Notes under the pieces: generated by a model
Databases searched by the model: none
The model's input: only the letters and a program-made list of their open reading frames with translations
Told to the model about the DNA's origin: nothing
Translations under genes and position numbers: made by a program
Part shown: piece after piece, positions 17,434 to 25,922 of the stretch
Layout of the letters: each line of letters starts with the position of its first letter
How positions within the stretch are numbered: the first letter of the stretch is position 1
Source: a virus
Taxonomy: Duplodnaviria; Caudoviricetes
DNA: 64,000 bases
Direction: 5' to 3' (one strand)
Virus record (IMG/VR): IMGVR_UViG_3300014326_000001
Span: 9,088 to 73,087 of that record

Positions 17434-17637
17434 GTGTTGTTGTCAGAAGGTAGGTTAAGGCTGAAAGAGAGCAGACTGCGACTTTGCTGCGTTCTTGGGT
17501 ATTACGCCGCTCTTGGTCTTGCTTCGGGTGAACTAGATGCTACTGAATTTATACTTGCTAACTTTGCTTTTTGTGGCGGGGAACTTAGTATCTTGGCTCG
17601 CCTTGAATCGAGTAGTAAAACAGATAATTTGGGCTAG
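17434..17637 (+). CDS. hypothetical protein
   Basis: GGAAGAGG RBS, 67 aa. Confidence 0.5.
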   Translation: MLLSEGRLRLKESRLRLCCVLGYYAALGLASGELDATEFILANFAFCGGELSILARLESSSKTDNLG

Positions 17638-18012
17638 GCAGAGTCGCCAACTGCATTTTCTAGCTCTTCGTTCCTTAGGCCGCTCGTTGGGTGCTGAATC
17701 CTTCCAAAAAGGTTACTACAAGTTGTACCAGCTACGTTTCTGGCTGCAAGTTCTCCGCAGCAAGTCAAGACTTTCCCGCGCCTGTGTCCCGAAGGAATCA
17801 GCGCAGTCGGATGCGGTTCGCACTCTAAGCTCTTATTCGCATTGCTTTGAAATCTTGAATGTCGCGTCATAAACATGTTTTCAAGGTTTACATGTTCGGA
17901 GAGAAACCCCGCTCGTTTGGAGCGATTTTCTAGTTCCGTAGTCGCTTTGAATTGTTGGAAATTTTCTTCGCAACAACTCGCGCAAGCAGTGATAAAATAA
18001 CAAATTAACGAC

Positions 18013-18378
18013 ATGCTTAGCAATAAGAAAATTCCACGTACTTCGCGGGGTAGCACACCTGAAACAATGGCTCGTGCAAGCGGGCGGGGCGTGGTACTTA
18101 AGCCCGAAGAACAATCCAGTCCCCGCAGTAATTCGGGCGCATTACTTACTGACACAGAACTAATCGCTCTTGGTTATGAAGCTCTCGTGATGATGATGGC
18201 GCGTGACCCTAAACGTTGGCGATTGGAACGTCGCGCCGCAAGAATGCTAAACCGCCTTCTAACTGAACGCGGCTTACATCAAATTATCCGCGAGAAAATT
18301 GTGGATATTGCTGTGGGGCATTGGCAGGAAGCAAAAGGATGGCGCGGAGAATGTAAGGCGCATCCAGCGCAACGGTAG
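18013..18378 (+). CDS. hypothetical protein
   Basis: 121 aa; TAAAAT box upstream. Confidence 0.55.
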   Translation: MLSNKKIPRTSRGSTPETMARASGRGVVLKPEEQSSPRSNSGALLTDTELIALGYEALVMMMARDPKRWRLERRAARMLNRLLTERGLHQIIREKIVDIAVGHWQEAKGWRGECKAHPAQR

Positions 18379-18486
18379 TCCCGCAAGCTTAAGAATCTGA
18401 GGCTCGCCAAAATAGCCATTGGACGCGGACTGATCCAACGTGGTCGGTAGCTTGAAGCGAGCCTCAGTGCAAGGGAAGAAAAGTTA

Positions 18487-18663
18487 ATGAAGTCAGGAAT
18501 CGTTATCAATCTCGACGATCTAAATACCTTGATCGGAGAATTCATTGCCGAGCAGTCACCCAGCGAACAAAGACTTTACCGCTGGCGATTTGGAGAATTC
18601 TTAGAATGGGCAAAAGTAAGAGAAGAAATACGCGAGGAAGAAGAACTTCGCGCTGAGGACTAG
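18487..18663 (+). CDS. 58-aa hypothetical protein (last + strand gene)
   Basis: MKSGIVINLDDLNTLIGEF... read by hand; its stop abuts the convergent stop (TAGCTA). Confidence 0.65.
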   Translation: MKSGIVINLDDLNTLIGEFIAEQSPSEQRLYRWRFGEFLEWAKVREEIREEEELRAED

Positions 18664-19065
18664 CTACTTATTCTTACCGATTCGGATCACTTCGTCCAAC
18701 TGCTTTTCAAGTAGTTCTTTCTCAACTTTCAACGCTTCGGCGCGCTCAAACTGAAAGTCTCGTTCCTTGCGGAGTGTTTCAATAGTGCCAGTCGAAGTTG
18801 CGATTTCCTTGATCAATCCGAGCATCACGTCTCCAGCATGGATCGTGGTATTAAGATCAATTTGGCGAGTCTCTGCTTTGGTCTTCTCTGTCTCTGCGTC
18901 TGACTGCTTTTTTCTAATTAGTGAAGGAAGGTAAGTTGCGCCGTATCCAAGTAATGCGGCAACAACCATCTGCGCCCAGCCCTGCCAAGTGTGAGGAATT
19001 GGGGGTGTTTCCTGCATCGCATAGTTATCCTGCCGCTGCCTGTCTTGCCTCTTTAAGCCTTGCAA
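18664..19065 (-). CDS. holin/spanin-like membrane protein with coiled coil
   Basis: One TM helix followed by a long coiled coil. Confidence 0.7.
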   Translation of the reverse strand: MQGLKRQDRQRQDNYAMQETPPIPHTWQGWAQMVVAALLGYGATYLPSLIRKKQSDAETEKTKAETRQIDLNTTIHAGDVMLGLIKEIATSTGTIETLRKERDFQFERAEALKVEKELLEKQLDEVIRIGKNK

Positions 19066-19426
19066 CCCCCTCTTGAAGTTGCTTGAGGTCTTTAACAGGC
19101 ACTGTTTCTAATGATTCACCGTGACGGTAGATGAAGGTCTGGGGTGACAAAGGGAATTGATCGTCGTTGTCGCCGTAGCTTACGGTCGCTTCGGGCAACG
19201 AACTATCCTCGTCACCAACAACTAGTGGCACTTCCATTTTGAAGTACCCGTGCCGACTTGATAGTTGGATAGCACGATCCTTCGTGAACGTGATCGCGCT
19301 ACCCTGAATCTCCGGCCCTCCGTTCCAGCCAACAAGCCAACTTACAAAACGGATAGGCCACTGTCGCCACAACGGTTCGTCTGACAGCAACTTGCGTTGC
19401 CCTATGAAGTAGCCGGAATTAACCAT
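19025..19426 (-). CDS. hypothetical protein
   Basis: 133-aa ORF in the late operon. Confidence 0.7.
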   Translation of the reverse strand: MVNSGYFIGQRKLLSDEPLWRQWPIRFVSWLVGWNGGPEIQGSAITFTKDRAIQLSSRHGYFKMEVPLVVGDEDSSLPEATVSYGDNDDQFPLSPQTFIYRHGESLETVPVKDLKQLQEGVARLKEARQAAAG

Positions 19427-19429
19427 TCT

Positions 19430-19636
19430 TCAACCATTTCCGAGGATAACGCCCGTATCGTCATGGTTCGGTAGGAGTACAATCCCGCCGCTGATGCTCG
19501 CCGCAACTGCAATAGTAGCCAACTTAGACTCAATTGCCGCCTCGAATTCTTTGGCAGATGTAGCGTGTTTGTTTGTGAACGTAACCGAGGCTTCTAGTAC
19601 CCCGATAGCTTCTTCTGTTTCAGGATCGTATGGCAT
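19430..19636 (-). CDS. hypothetical protein
   Basis: AAGGAG RBS. Confidence 0.7.
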   Translation of the reverse strand: MPYDPETEEAIGVLEASVTFTNKHATSAKEFEAAIESKLATIAVAASISGGIVLLPNHDDTGVILGNG

Positions 19637-19651
19637 GGGGGCGATTCTCCT

Positions 19652-19822
19652 TTATTTTACTACCGCACCAAATACTTGCAGCCCCAAAAGCAACAGCAGC
19701 ACAAACAAGAGCAGGTTGCCGCCGCCGAGTATGCGTGGGTTTGGATTCGCTACGATGAATGGGTATAACCCAAACACCGCCCAAAGAATCATTAGCATCC
19801 AGAAGATCATTGACAACGGCAT
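19652..19822 (-). CDS. 56-aa two-TM membrane protein (holin-like)
   Basis: AAAGGAGG RBS; MPLSMIFWMLMILWAVFGLYPF...LLLFVLLLLLGLQVFGAVVK. Confidence 0.75.
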   Translation of the reverse strand: MPLSMIFWMLMILWAVFGLYPFIVANPNPRILGGGNLLLFVLLLLLGLQVFGAVVK

Positions 19823-20028
19823 CGTGTGCCTCCTTTTGTTAACTCAGCGAAGCAGAAAAGTTAACCTTCCCAGTGTTTCCGCAGAGGTGGATCAGGATAC
19901 CCTCTCACTGGCTGTTTGGCTCTCTTTTCTGCTTCCTGATGCGTTCTAGCAAGCGATCCCCTCGTGGTTAGCCTCTATCCTCTTCGCCCAGACAATTAGA
20001 GACAAAAAGAAATCGCTTGCTAAAGTCG

Positions 20029-20349
20029 TTAGCCTTCGGGAACCGTTCCCGCCGCGTTCAGTGAATCACGAATCGCGTCAAAGGCTGCATCTGCATTCTG
20101 TAGCGCGGCTACCGCTGCGGCTACGTCTGGATTTGGTTGGTTGAGCAAGTCAAGCACGCGCTGGACTGCCGCTTGAAGTTCGCCTACATCTTCGCCAATC
20201 TTGGCGACAGCGATTGAGAGTTCCGACATTGTGTTTTTTACACTCCTTAGTTGAAGGTTTATGACTACCAAAAGCAGAATTATCAAGGCGAACAACAGAA
20301 AACTTAATGCCCAGATATACTTGTCTGCATTGCTCCAGTCGATGTCCAT
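20029..20349 (-). CDS. TM-anchored coiled-coil protein (i-spanin-like)
   Basis: N-terminal TM helix, heptad C-terminus. Confidence 0.65.
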   Translation of the reverse strand: MDIDWSNADKYIWALSFLLFALIILLLVVINLQLRSVKNTMSELSIAVAKIGEDVGELQAAVQRVLDLLNQPNPDVAAAVAALQNADAAFDAIRDSLNAAGTVPEG

Positions 20350-20358
20350 GAGAAGTAA

Positions 20359-20418
20359 TTAACGAGCAACTTCATTTCTCGGCGCGATTTTTCTTCTTTC
20401 ACCTTTTTTAGTTGCCAT
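20359..20418 (-). CDS. 19-aa basic peptide
   Basis: GAGGAG RBS; MATKKGGKKKIAPRNEVAR. Confidence 0.45.
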   Translation of the reverse strand: MATKKGERRKIAPRNEVAR

Positions 20419-20489
20419 TCTTAGTGCTCCTCAAGTTTCAAGCTGCCTTTGCACATCCAAGCCGACAGCCTGAAGCTGCTCGTTAAGCT

Positions 20490-20708
20490 TTACTGACAAG
20501 GATTTCTATTCGTCGGTATCGTTCTCCCCGACAACTCTCCACGCTCTTTTATACGCGCTTCAATAGCTTCTGCTGGCGTTCCTTCTTTCTTTGCAATTAC
20601 ACAGGGTTGAGTTACCTTCACCTGTGCGCGGTGGTGCTTTTTGCGCTTCTTTGCCTCTACTGAGGGGACGATTAACAAGCAGATCAGAAGTAAGAATTTA
20701 AGTTTCAT
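20490..20708 (-). CDS. signal-peptide protein (possibly frameshifted)
   Basis: MKLKFLLLICLLIVPSVEA; ATGA overlap with the upstream gene. Confidence 0.65.
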   Translation of the reverse strand: MKLKFLLLICLLIVPSVEAKKRKKHHRAQVKVTQPCVIAKKEGTPAEAIEARIKERGELSGRTIPTNRNPCQ

Positions 20709-20917
20709 GTCAACACAACTCGCGCACCATCTGGCAGTGGTACAAACTGAACTTCCTTGGGTGCCATCATTCGCGATAAGGCGCGGCAAGCGTCCCGAGT
20801 ATCGATCGCGTTAGTTACCCTGCGCAGCAAGTGTTTATTCACGATTGTCGGGCCGCGCTTGAGATGAAACCGCAGATCAGCAAGCCATTGGTCGGCATTC
20901 ATTTCAAACTGTTTCAT
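20705..20917 (-). CDS. hypothetical protein
   Basis: Coupled 70-aa ORF. Confidence 0.7.
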   Translation of the reverse strand: MKQFEMNADQWLADLRFHLKRGPTIVNKHLLRRVTNAIDTRDACRALSRMMAPKEVQFVPLPDGARVVLT

Positions 20918-20979
20918 CTCACATACTTCCTTCTACAATCACGATCCATTAGCCAGAGATAGAGCCACACCCACTTCAT
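20914..20979 (-). CDS. 21-aa Trp-rich peptide
   Basis: MKWVWLYLWLMDRDCRRKYVR; ATGA overlaps at both ends. Confidence 0.5.
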   Translation of the reverse strand: MKWVWLYLWLMDRDCRRKYVR

Positions 20980-21452
20980 TTTACTTCCATCACCGCCTTG
21001 AGTTCCTTGATTTGGTCGCTGATACTCTTCGTTGGAGTTGGCGTTCCTGCCGCTATCGAGAACTGCGGAGGTGCTCCGTAGTAAACTCTGGCGCTCTCAA
21101 TTATCCCGCGCAAAATCCTTTGAATGTTCTGCAACTTCTCATGCGATCCGAAATGTCCACGGGCGCTCACCGATTCAAACAGCCGTTCGTACGTATCAAC
21201 CGCATTCAGCTTGCACGGCTTATCTCCGCACGCATCAAGAGATACCTTCAAGTTGGCCGCACCTGAAGCTAGATCGGTAAAATCCACAACCAAACCGTTT
21301 TTGATTGTATCCGATAGCGGTAGTGACTGAATCAGGGGGCCAGAGGCCGCTAGGACGATTCGCAACTCTTGCGCGAACTTCGCGCCACACGCGGCCAGAA
21401 AGAGGCTAAGAACGAGCGTGAGAGCCAATGCGGGGTATCTTAGAAGTCTCAC
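20976..21452 (-). CDS. lipoprotein (possible o-spanin or exclusion protein)
   Basis: Signal II with lipobox LAAC. Confidence 0.75.
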   Translation of the reverse strand: MRLLRYPALALTLVLSLFLAACGAKFAQELRIVLAASGPLIQSLPLSDTIKNGLVVDFTDLASGAANLKVSLDACGDKPCKLNAVDTYERLFESVSARGHFGSHEKLQNIQRILRGIIESARVYYGAPPQFSIAAGTPTPTKSISDQIKELKAVMEVK

Positions 21453-21685
21453 TGAGCAACCTTTCTTGGCGAGAACTCAGCCATGCCCATAGTTGGCGTT
21501 TTCCGAATCCAGAACGGCGGAATGCTTATGCGTGACGTGGTTTCGAGCTTGCCGGGCGCGTGTTCACATTGCGTGCGCGTCTTTACCTCAAGCTCGCCAC
21601 GAAAAAGAACGCGGAGCCTGTCCGTCCAACTCAAGGTGCATCCCGTAATAATGTGAATCTCGTCTTCGTAACCTTCTTTGATCAT
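21449..21685 (-). CDS. hypothetical protein
   Basis: Coupled 78-aa ORF. Confidence 0.65.
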   Translation of the reverse strand: MIKEGYEDEIHIITGCTLSWTDRLRVLFRGELEVKTRTQCEHAPGKLETTSRISIPPFWIRKTPTMGMAEFSPRKVAQ

Positions 21686-21861
21686 AGGCTCTCAACTTTC
21701 AAGTGGGTTTCATCAACAACGGTGGAGTAGCACGGTGCTCTCTCAGCCTTAAACAGTGCGAAGGGAAATTGAAGACTGCCTACCAGTTCCCCAACTCGTA
21801 ACCGTCCCGACTTCCCTCCCACCTTGAGTCTCAGTTTATCAAACTTTCTACGGTCTGACAC
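21682..21861 (-). CDS. 59-aa hypothetical protein
   Basis: GTG-started frame fills the gap; its TGA overlaps ATG 21685. Confidence 0.5.
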   Translation of the reverse strand: MSDRRKFDKLRLKVGGKSGRLRVGELVGSLQFPFALFKAERAPCYSTVVDETHLKVESL

Positions 21862-21867
21862 TAACTT

Positions 21868-22314
21868 TTACGTCTGTCGGAACGACTCCACCAAATCGCC
21901 CCCGATCTCAAATCGCACATGGATCAAGGTCAGAATATCCAGTGCGTACTTAACTCGACTGGGATTTGCATCTGTTTCCACTACGTCCTTCAGCATTAAC
22001 TTCAGCTTGGTCAGGTCTTTTTCATTCTGAATCTCGTCCCGTTGGAACTTCTCAAGTAATACATCCAGTTCTTTTGTGTGTGGAGAATGCAAAGCCTGAG
22101 CAGCCGATACGCTCATCCCCTTAAAGTAGATTTCAGCCTTGGTTTCAATTACAGTTAGTCGATTCAGCGCGGTCTCCACCTTGCTCGTTAGCTCTTTGAA
22201 CTTCTCTTTCCAGTCACCTTGGGCGTCCCTGCGGCGTTGATAAACCGCATTGGCAATGGAGACGACTAACGCAAGTAGGCCAACGTAGGGGATTAGCTCT
22301 TTCACTCGATACAC
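21868..22314 (-). CDS. holin-like protein (TM plus coiled coil)
   Basis: N-terminal TM helix, HSPHT..LD.LL motif; GGAGA RBS. Confidence 0.7.
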   Translation of the reverse strand: MYRVKELIPYVGLLALVVSIANAVYQRRRDAQGDWKEKFKELTSKVETALNRLTVIETKAEIYFKGMSVSAAQALHSPHTKELDVLLEKFQRDEIQNEKDLTKLKLMLKDVVETDANPSRVKYALDILTLIHVRFEIGGDLVESFRQT

Positions 22315-22772
22315 GTCTCTCCGGCAGCTTTCGGTTCTTCCTCATGTACCCGCCTGACTGTAGCCTCAATTTGTGTTTGATCTGTGCCAGTATGATAGAG
22401 CAGGTTGACTACTACAGGGAACTCGGTGCCGTCTTTATGTCGCGCTTTCAATGTTCCGCCTGCGCCCATCGGACGATTGACAGGATGGCGAACGTAACCA
22501 GCCCGATGAGCTTGGTGCCTGTGACGTAGGGCGTCAGGGAGCAGCATGTCAATACATTGACCGATTAGTTCAGATGGATGATAACCAAACGTGGCGCAAA
22601 CTTCCTCGTTGACAGCAATGATACGCTCACCATCAGAGATTATCTTCGCGTCGGACGACCGCGCCCACGCTTTAAACAGAAATGAATAGCTAAGGAACGG
22701 ACGAGCGGCAGTTTCCAGCAGCGCGTCAGTCGTTGCACTTTCATCCATTGCGCTATTTTGTTCGTCTGTCAT
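22302..22772 (-). CDS. stand-alone PAS-domain protein
   Basis: IIAVNEEVCATFGYHPSELIGQCIDMLLP...RPMGAG..L.ARHKDGTEFPV.V.L. Confidence 0.9.
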   Translation of the reverse strand: MTDEQNSAMDESATTDALLETAARPFLSYSFLFKAWARSSDAKIISDGERIIAVNEEVCATFGYHPSELIGQCIDMLLPDALRHRHQAHRAGYVRHPVNRPMGAGGTLKARHKDGTEFPVVVNLLYHTGTDQTQIEATVRRVHEEEPKAAGETCIE

Positions 22773-22781
22773 CGTGGATAA

Positions 22782-22853
22782 CCACTCAACCTACCGTGTC
22801 CGTTTCGGCGCTTTCCTAGCCCGACTGGGAACGAAGTTCTTTTCCTCATTTCC
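22782..22853. repeat. attC-like element, copy G
   Basis: CCACTCAACCT...GTTTCGGCG...CCTAGCCCGA; on the - strand ends GTTGAGTGG 9 nt before the PAS ATG. Confidence 0.75.
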
Positions 22854-22912
22854 CTGATTTGCTATCATCTTCTTGCTCTACTCATCAACCTTTAGGATGG
22901 TTTTCGCCCCAA

Positions 22913-23341
22913 ATGTTCAAACGTATTGCAGTCACGTTAGTTCTAGGAATCTGTTTAGGTCTCCCATTTGGAAACTTCCATGTACGTGCTACTGAAACTG
23001 AACCGCTTCGCTACGTTGCAACTCTAACCCAATCAGGCACAGACGCTCCCGTTGCCCATGTGATTCACAACACCATTGGAGAAATCGTATGGCAGCGAAA
23101 CAACGTCGGTCGATACCAAGCTGTGTTGACAGACGGATTCCCCGTTGGCCATGTTACCGCCAAAGGTTGCACGTTCATTGAGCGAGTTAACGAGCATTTG
23201 ATCGTTGCTGAGTTTGATATTAACGCTTCGGACAGTGACACCCTCCAATTCAGCGTACAGTCACGAGATTCAGGGTACGCTCAAGGCGTTGAAGACGTGT
23301 TACTTGATACGCCGATTGAGATTACCGTGTACTCTCACTAA
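22913..23341 (+). CDS. exported protein with tail-fibre-like C-terminal domain
   Basis: Signal peptide MFKRIAVTLVLGICLG...; YVATLTQSGTDAPVA...NTIG.IVW.R..VG.Y. Confidence 0.75.
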   Translation: MFKRIAVTLVLGICLGLPFGNFHVRATETEPLRYVATLTQSGTDAPVAHVIHNTIGEIVWQRNNVGRYQAVLTDGFPVGHVTAKGCTFIERVNEHLIVAEFDINASDSDTLQFSVQSRDSGYAQGVEDVLLDTPIEITVYSH

Positions 23342-24402
23342 GGCGTGGCGTCACTAATTACGGGAGCAGGACTGTCTCCATCCTGTACTTCCCAAGTGTT
23401 AGGATGAAGCCACGGGTAGGCATCCTCAACGGACGATGAATTGAGATAGAACCACGTTCCGTCACTTCCGTAAACGCTCCACACGCCCCCTTCAAACGCT
23501 TTGATTACGCTATTATTTGTGCTGTCAGGCTGGCCGACAAGGTTGTAATAAGGTCGTGTTTCAAAAAGCCCTCTTACTGTATAGCTTCCATTTGCTGCTG
23601 CTGTACCTGCTCCTGAAACTAAAGCTGTAGGTACTGGAACTGGTACATAGGTGATAACAATCACTCCGTTGCCGCCGAGAATGTCTCCTGTGGGGTTTCC
23701 GCCACCGCCACCGCCGTAATTCCCGCCCGCGCCTAATCCGCCGCCACCACCACCGGGGCCAGCGGTGCCGCCAAGTGTTGCCGTCCAAGTAGTGCCTGCC
23801 GCGCCGGGATTGTTGACCGCGCCCCCTGTGCCGCCATTTGGCCCCCCTGCATTGCCACCTGTCGCGTCAACTGCCGCTTGGCCGTCTCCAGACGGCCCCG
23901 CAGCCCCGCCGCCAGCCCCGCCAATACCTCCAACCGCTTCTCCCCCGTTACCACCTGAGTGAGCGCCTAAAGTTGGTACGCAATCAGCGGCAGCGCCACC
24001 TAGGCCTCCTGTGGGGTTAGGGGGAGAGGGCGTCCCGCCTTCTTGTCCGAACTGTCCGCCAGCAGCGATCAGTTCTCCACCGTTCCCAAAGTATGACCAC
24101 AATAAATCCGCAGGAAAAATGGGGGCTACAGCACTGACCCCTACTTGATAAGCAATCTCGGTATCAACGCCGGGATCGTAATTTTCCAGCTTGGCGTAGG
24201 CACCCCCGCCACCACCGGCACCGTTCCAAATTTCAGACCCAGAACGCCCTGCGCTGCCTGCCCCAATCGCTTCAATCGTATTGTTTGCAGGATTGAAATC
24301 TACGGGTACTGTCCACGTTCCACTCTCGGTAAGAATGATTACCGTAGAATCAGAAGAAGCCGAGGCCGTTGTTTGAATGAAGATTACAGAAATAGCTACA
24401 CC
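23338..24402 (-). CDS. glycine-rich fibre-like domain protein (frame open back to the TAG at 24403)
   Basis: ILTESGTWTVP...IEAIGAG...GGGGGAYAK precedes the ORF-track start at 24102 in the same frame. Confidence 0.75.
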   Translation of the reverse strand, partial: GVAISVIFIQTTASASSDSTVIILTESGTWTVPVDFNPANNTIEAIGAGSAGRSGSEIWNGAGGGGGAYAKLENYDPGVDTEIAYQVGVSAVAPIFPADLLWSYFGNGGELIAAGGQFGQEGGTPSPPNPTGGLGGAAADCVPTLGAHSGGNGGEAVGGIGGAGGGAAGPSGDGQAAVDATGGNAGGPNGGTGGAVNNPGAAGTTWTATLGGTAGPGGGGGGLGAGGNYGGGGGGNPTGDILGGNGVIVITYVPVPVPTALVSGAGTAAANGSYTVRGLFETRPYYNLVGQPDSTNNSVIKAFEGGVWSVYGSDGTWFYLNSSSVEDAYPWLHPNTWEVQDGDSPAPVISDATP

Positions 24403-24648
24403 CTATCTCGCCCTTGCGCACTCAGGACACTCCACCTCTATTTCCACAGGGATATTTAGGTGCGTGCCTACGATGATTTGTAGTTCTCGGATCGCGTCAT
24501 CTCGTTGTTGACTAGTTGGATTGCTGGGGAGAAAGTGAATAACTTCTTCCTCCGATTGCCCTTCGGTAATTTTTGCCATCGGCCCCATAGCGAGATAGCT
24601 GATCGCAATCAAGGCCAGCGTAAATATTCGTATGGCTTTCATCTTCAC
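24403..24648 (-). CDS. signal-peptide protein, in frame with the Gly-rich ORF
   Basis: AAGGAAG RBS; MKAIRIFTLALIAISYLAM; ends at TAG 24403-24405. Confidence 0.7.
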   Translation of the reverse strand: MKMKAIRIFTLALIAISYLAMGPMAKITEGQSEEEVIHFLPSNPTSQQRDDAIRELQIIVGTHLNIPVEIEVECPECARAR

Positions 24649-24689
24649 AGAACTTCCTTTCTTGAGTTTTAACTAAGTACTTGCCGTTG

Positions 24690-24698
24690 TGGTAAAAT
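24690..24698 (+). promoter_or_regulatory. extended -10 promoter of the HNH gene
   Basis: TGgTAAAAT followed by an AGCCCG/CGGGCT leader hairpin. Confidence 0.6.
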
Positions 24699-24764
24699 AA
24701 ACAGCCCGAACGAAAGCGCAAACTCTCGCACGGGCTTAATCAGATTAGCTAACAAGGAGCCAAT

Positions 24765-25433
24765 GTGACTTACGATAAATCTACCATTGTTTTTGAGCCC
24801 CATCCAACGAGAAAAACGTTCTGCGATTTGACCGGACAACGCTTTGCGCGGCTGACCGTCTTGGGCTATGCCGGAACCACCCCAAGCCGCACATCTCTTT
24901 GGTATGCTGAGTGCCAATGTGGAACCGTTGTCCGTGTTCAGCCAAATGCGATGAAAATCGGAAGGATCAAGAGTTGCGGGTGTCTCAACAAAGAACTTCA
25001 GCGCACGCGCATGACTAAGCACGGTGCGTTTCAAACCCCCACATATAAAGCTTGGCAAGCAATGCGGAAGCGAGTAAGCACCGCATGTGCTTATCGGAAA
25101 AACTACGCTGATAGAGGGATAATAGTGTGCGATCGATGGAATAGCTTCTCCAACTTTCTGGCTGATATGGGAGAGAAGCCCGAAGGGCTGACGCTGGATC
25201 GAATTGACAATAATGGGAACTACGAGCCAAGTAATTGCCGCTGGGCTACCATGACCGAACAACTGAACAACAAGCGAGACAACCATCGTATTACTTATCG
25301 AGGCCGCACTCAGACTCTCTCGATGTGGGCACGCGAACTTCATAAAGGTTTCGACCTACTCAACCAGCGACTCATTCACGGCTGGAGCATTGAAAAAGCA
25401 TTTACCAGTCCTCTACAAAAGGGTTCCAGTTAG
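24765..25433 (+). CDS. HNH homing endonuclease (antisense insertion)
   Basis: DLTGQRFARLTV...CQCG...SCGC...RGIIVCDRW..F.NFLADMG...TLDRIDNNGNYEPSNCRWAT. Confidence 0.9.
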   Translation: MTYDKSTIVFEPHPTRKTFCDLTGQRFARLTVLGYAGTTPSRTSLWYAECQCGTVVRVQPNAMKIGRIKSCGCLNKELQRTRMTKHGAFQTPTYKAWQAMRKRVSTACAYRKNYADRGIIVCDRWNSFSNFLADMGEKPEGLTLDRIDNNGNYEPSNCRWATMTEQLNNKRDNHRITYRGRTQTLSMWARELHKGFDLLNQRLIHGWSIEKAFTSPLQKGSS

Positions 25434-25910
25434 ACTGAATCCAATATCTGCAAGTGTGGCATCGGGCGATGCGGGAGCGGTAATTAAAATAATGTCCCCT
25501 GCCGCGATAGTTGCTGCCGTGCCACCTACGACCGTAATGGTCGTTCCCGCTGCTGCGAATCGAAGAGTCGCCTTAGTCGTCGCGTTAACACTTACGATAA
25601 AATCTGCCTGAGCAGTCGCGGCCACCCCTGCCGTTCCTCGTTGTCCACTTGCTGAAAGCGTAAACGCTCTGACAGCTACAAATCTCAGCACTACCGCACT
25701 TGCATCAGGGACACCTACAACAGCACAAGCAAGATCGTAAGGCACTCCCGCGCCCGTGTAGCTGAGAGTGATCGCGGGGGTGGTCGTAGCAGTCGCCACC
25801 GACCCGCTGAACCCGTTCGCGGTAACTACGCTAACGCTTGTGACCGTACCTCCTGAATCGTTATCAGGCGGTTGTGGGCCGGGGTAGCCGGGGGCTGCTT
25901 GTCCGGGCAT
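25413..25910 (-). CDS. virion/fibre accessory protein
   Basis: GTVTSVSVVTANGFSG repeat typical of fibres; AAGGAG RBS. Confidence 0.75.
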   Translation of the reverse strand: MPGQAAPGYPGPQPPDNDSGGTVTSVSVVTANGFSGSVATATTTPAITLSYTGAGVPYDLACAVVGVPDASAVVLRFVAVRAFTLSASGQRGTAGVAATAQADFIVSVNATTKATLRFAAAGTTITVVGGTAATIAAGDIILITAPASPDATLADIGFSLTGTLL

Positions 25911-25922
25911 AATTCTTTCTCC

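Noticed and set aside
17537-18155. Overlapping ORFs 17537-17872 (+), 17634-18155 (-) and ACATGT palindromes near 17873 and 17890
   Set aside because: No RBS or motif favours any frame and the palindromes are too short; region left unassigned.
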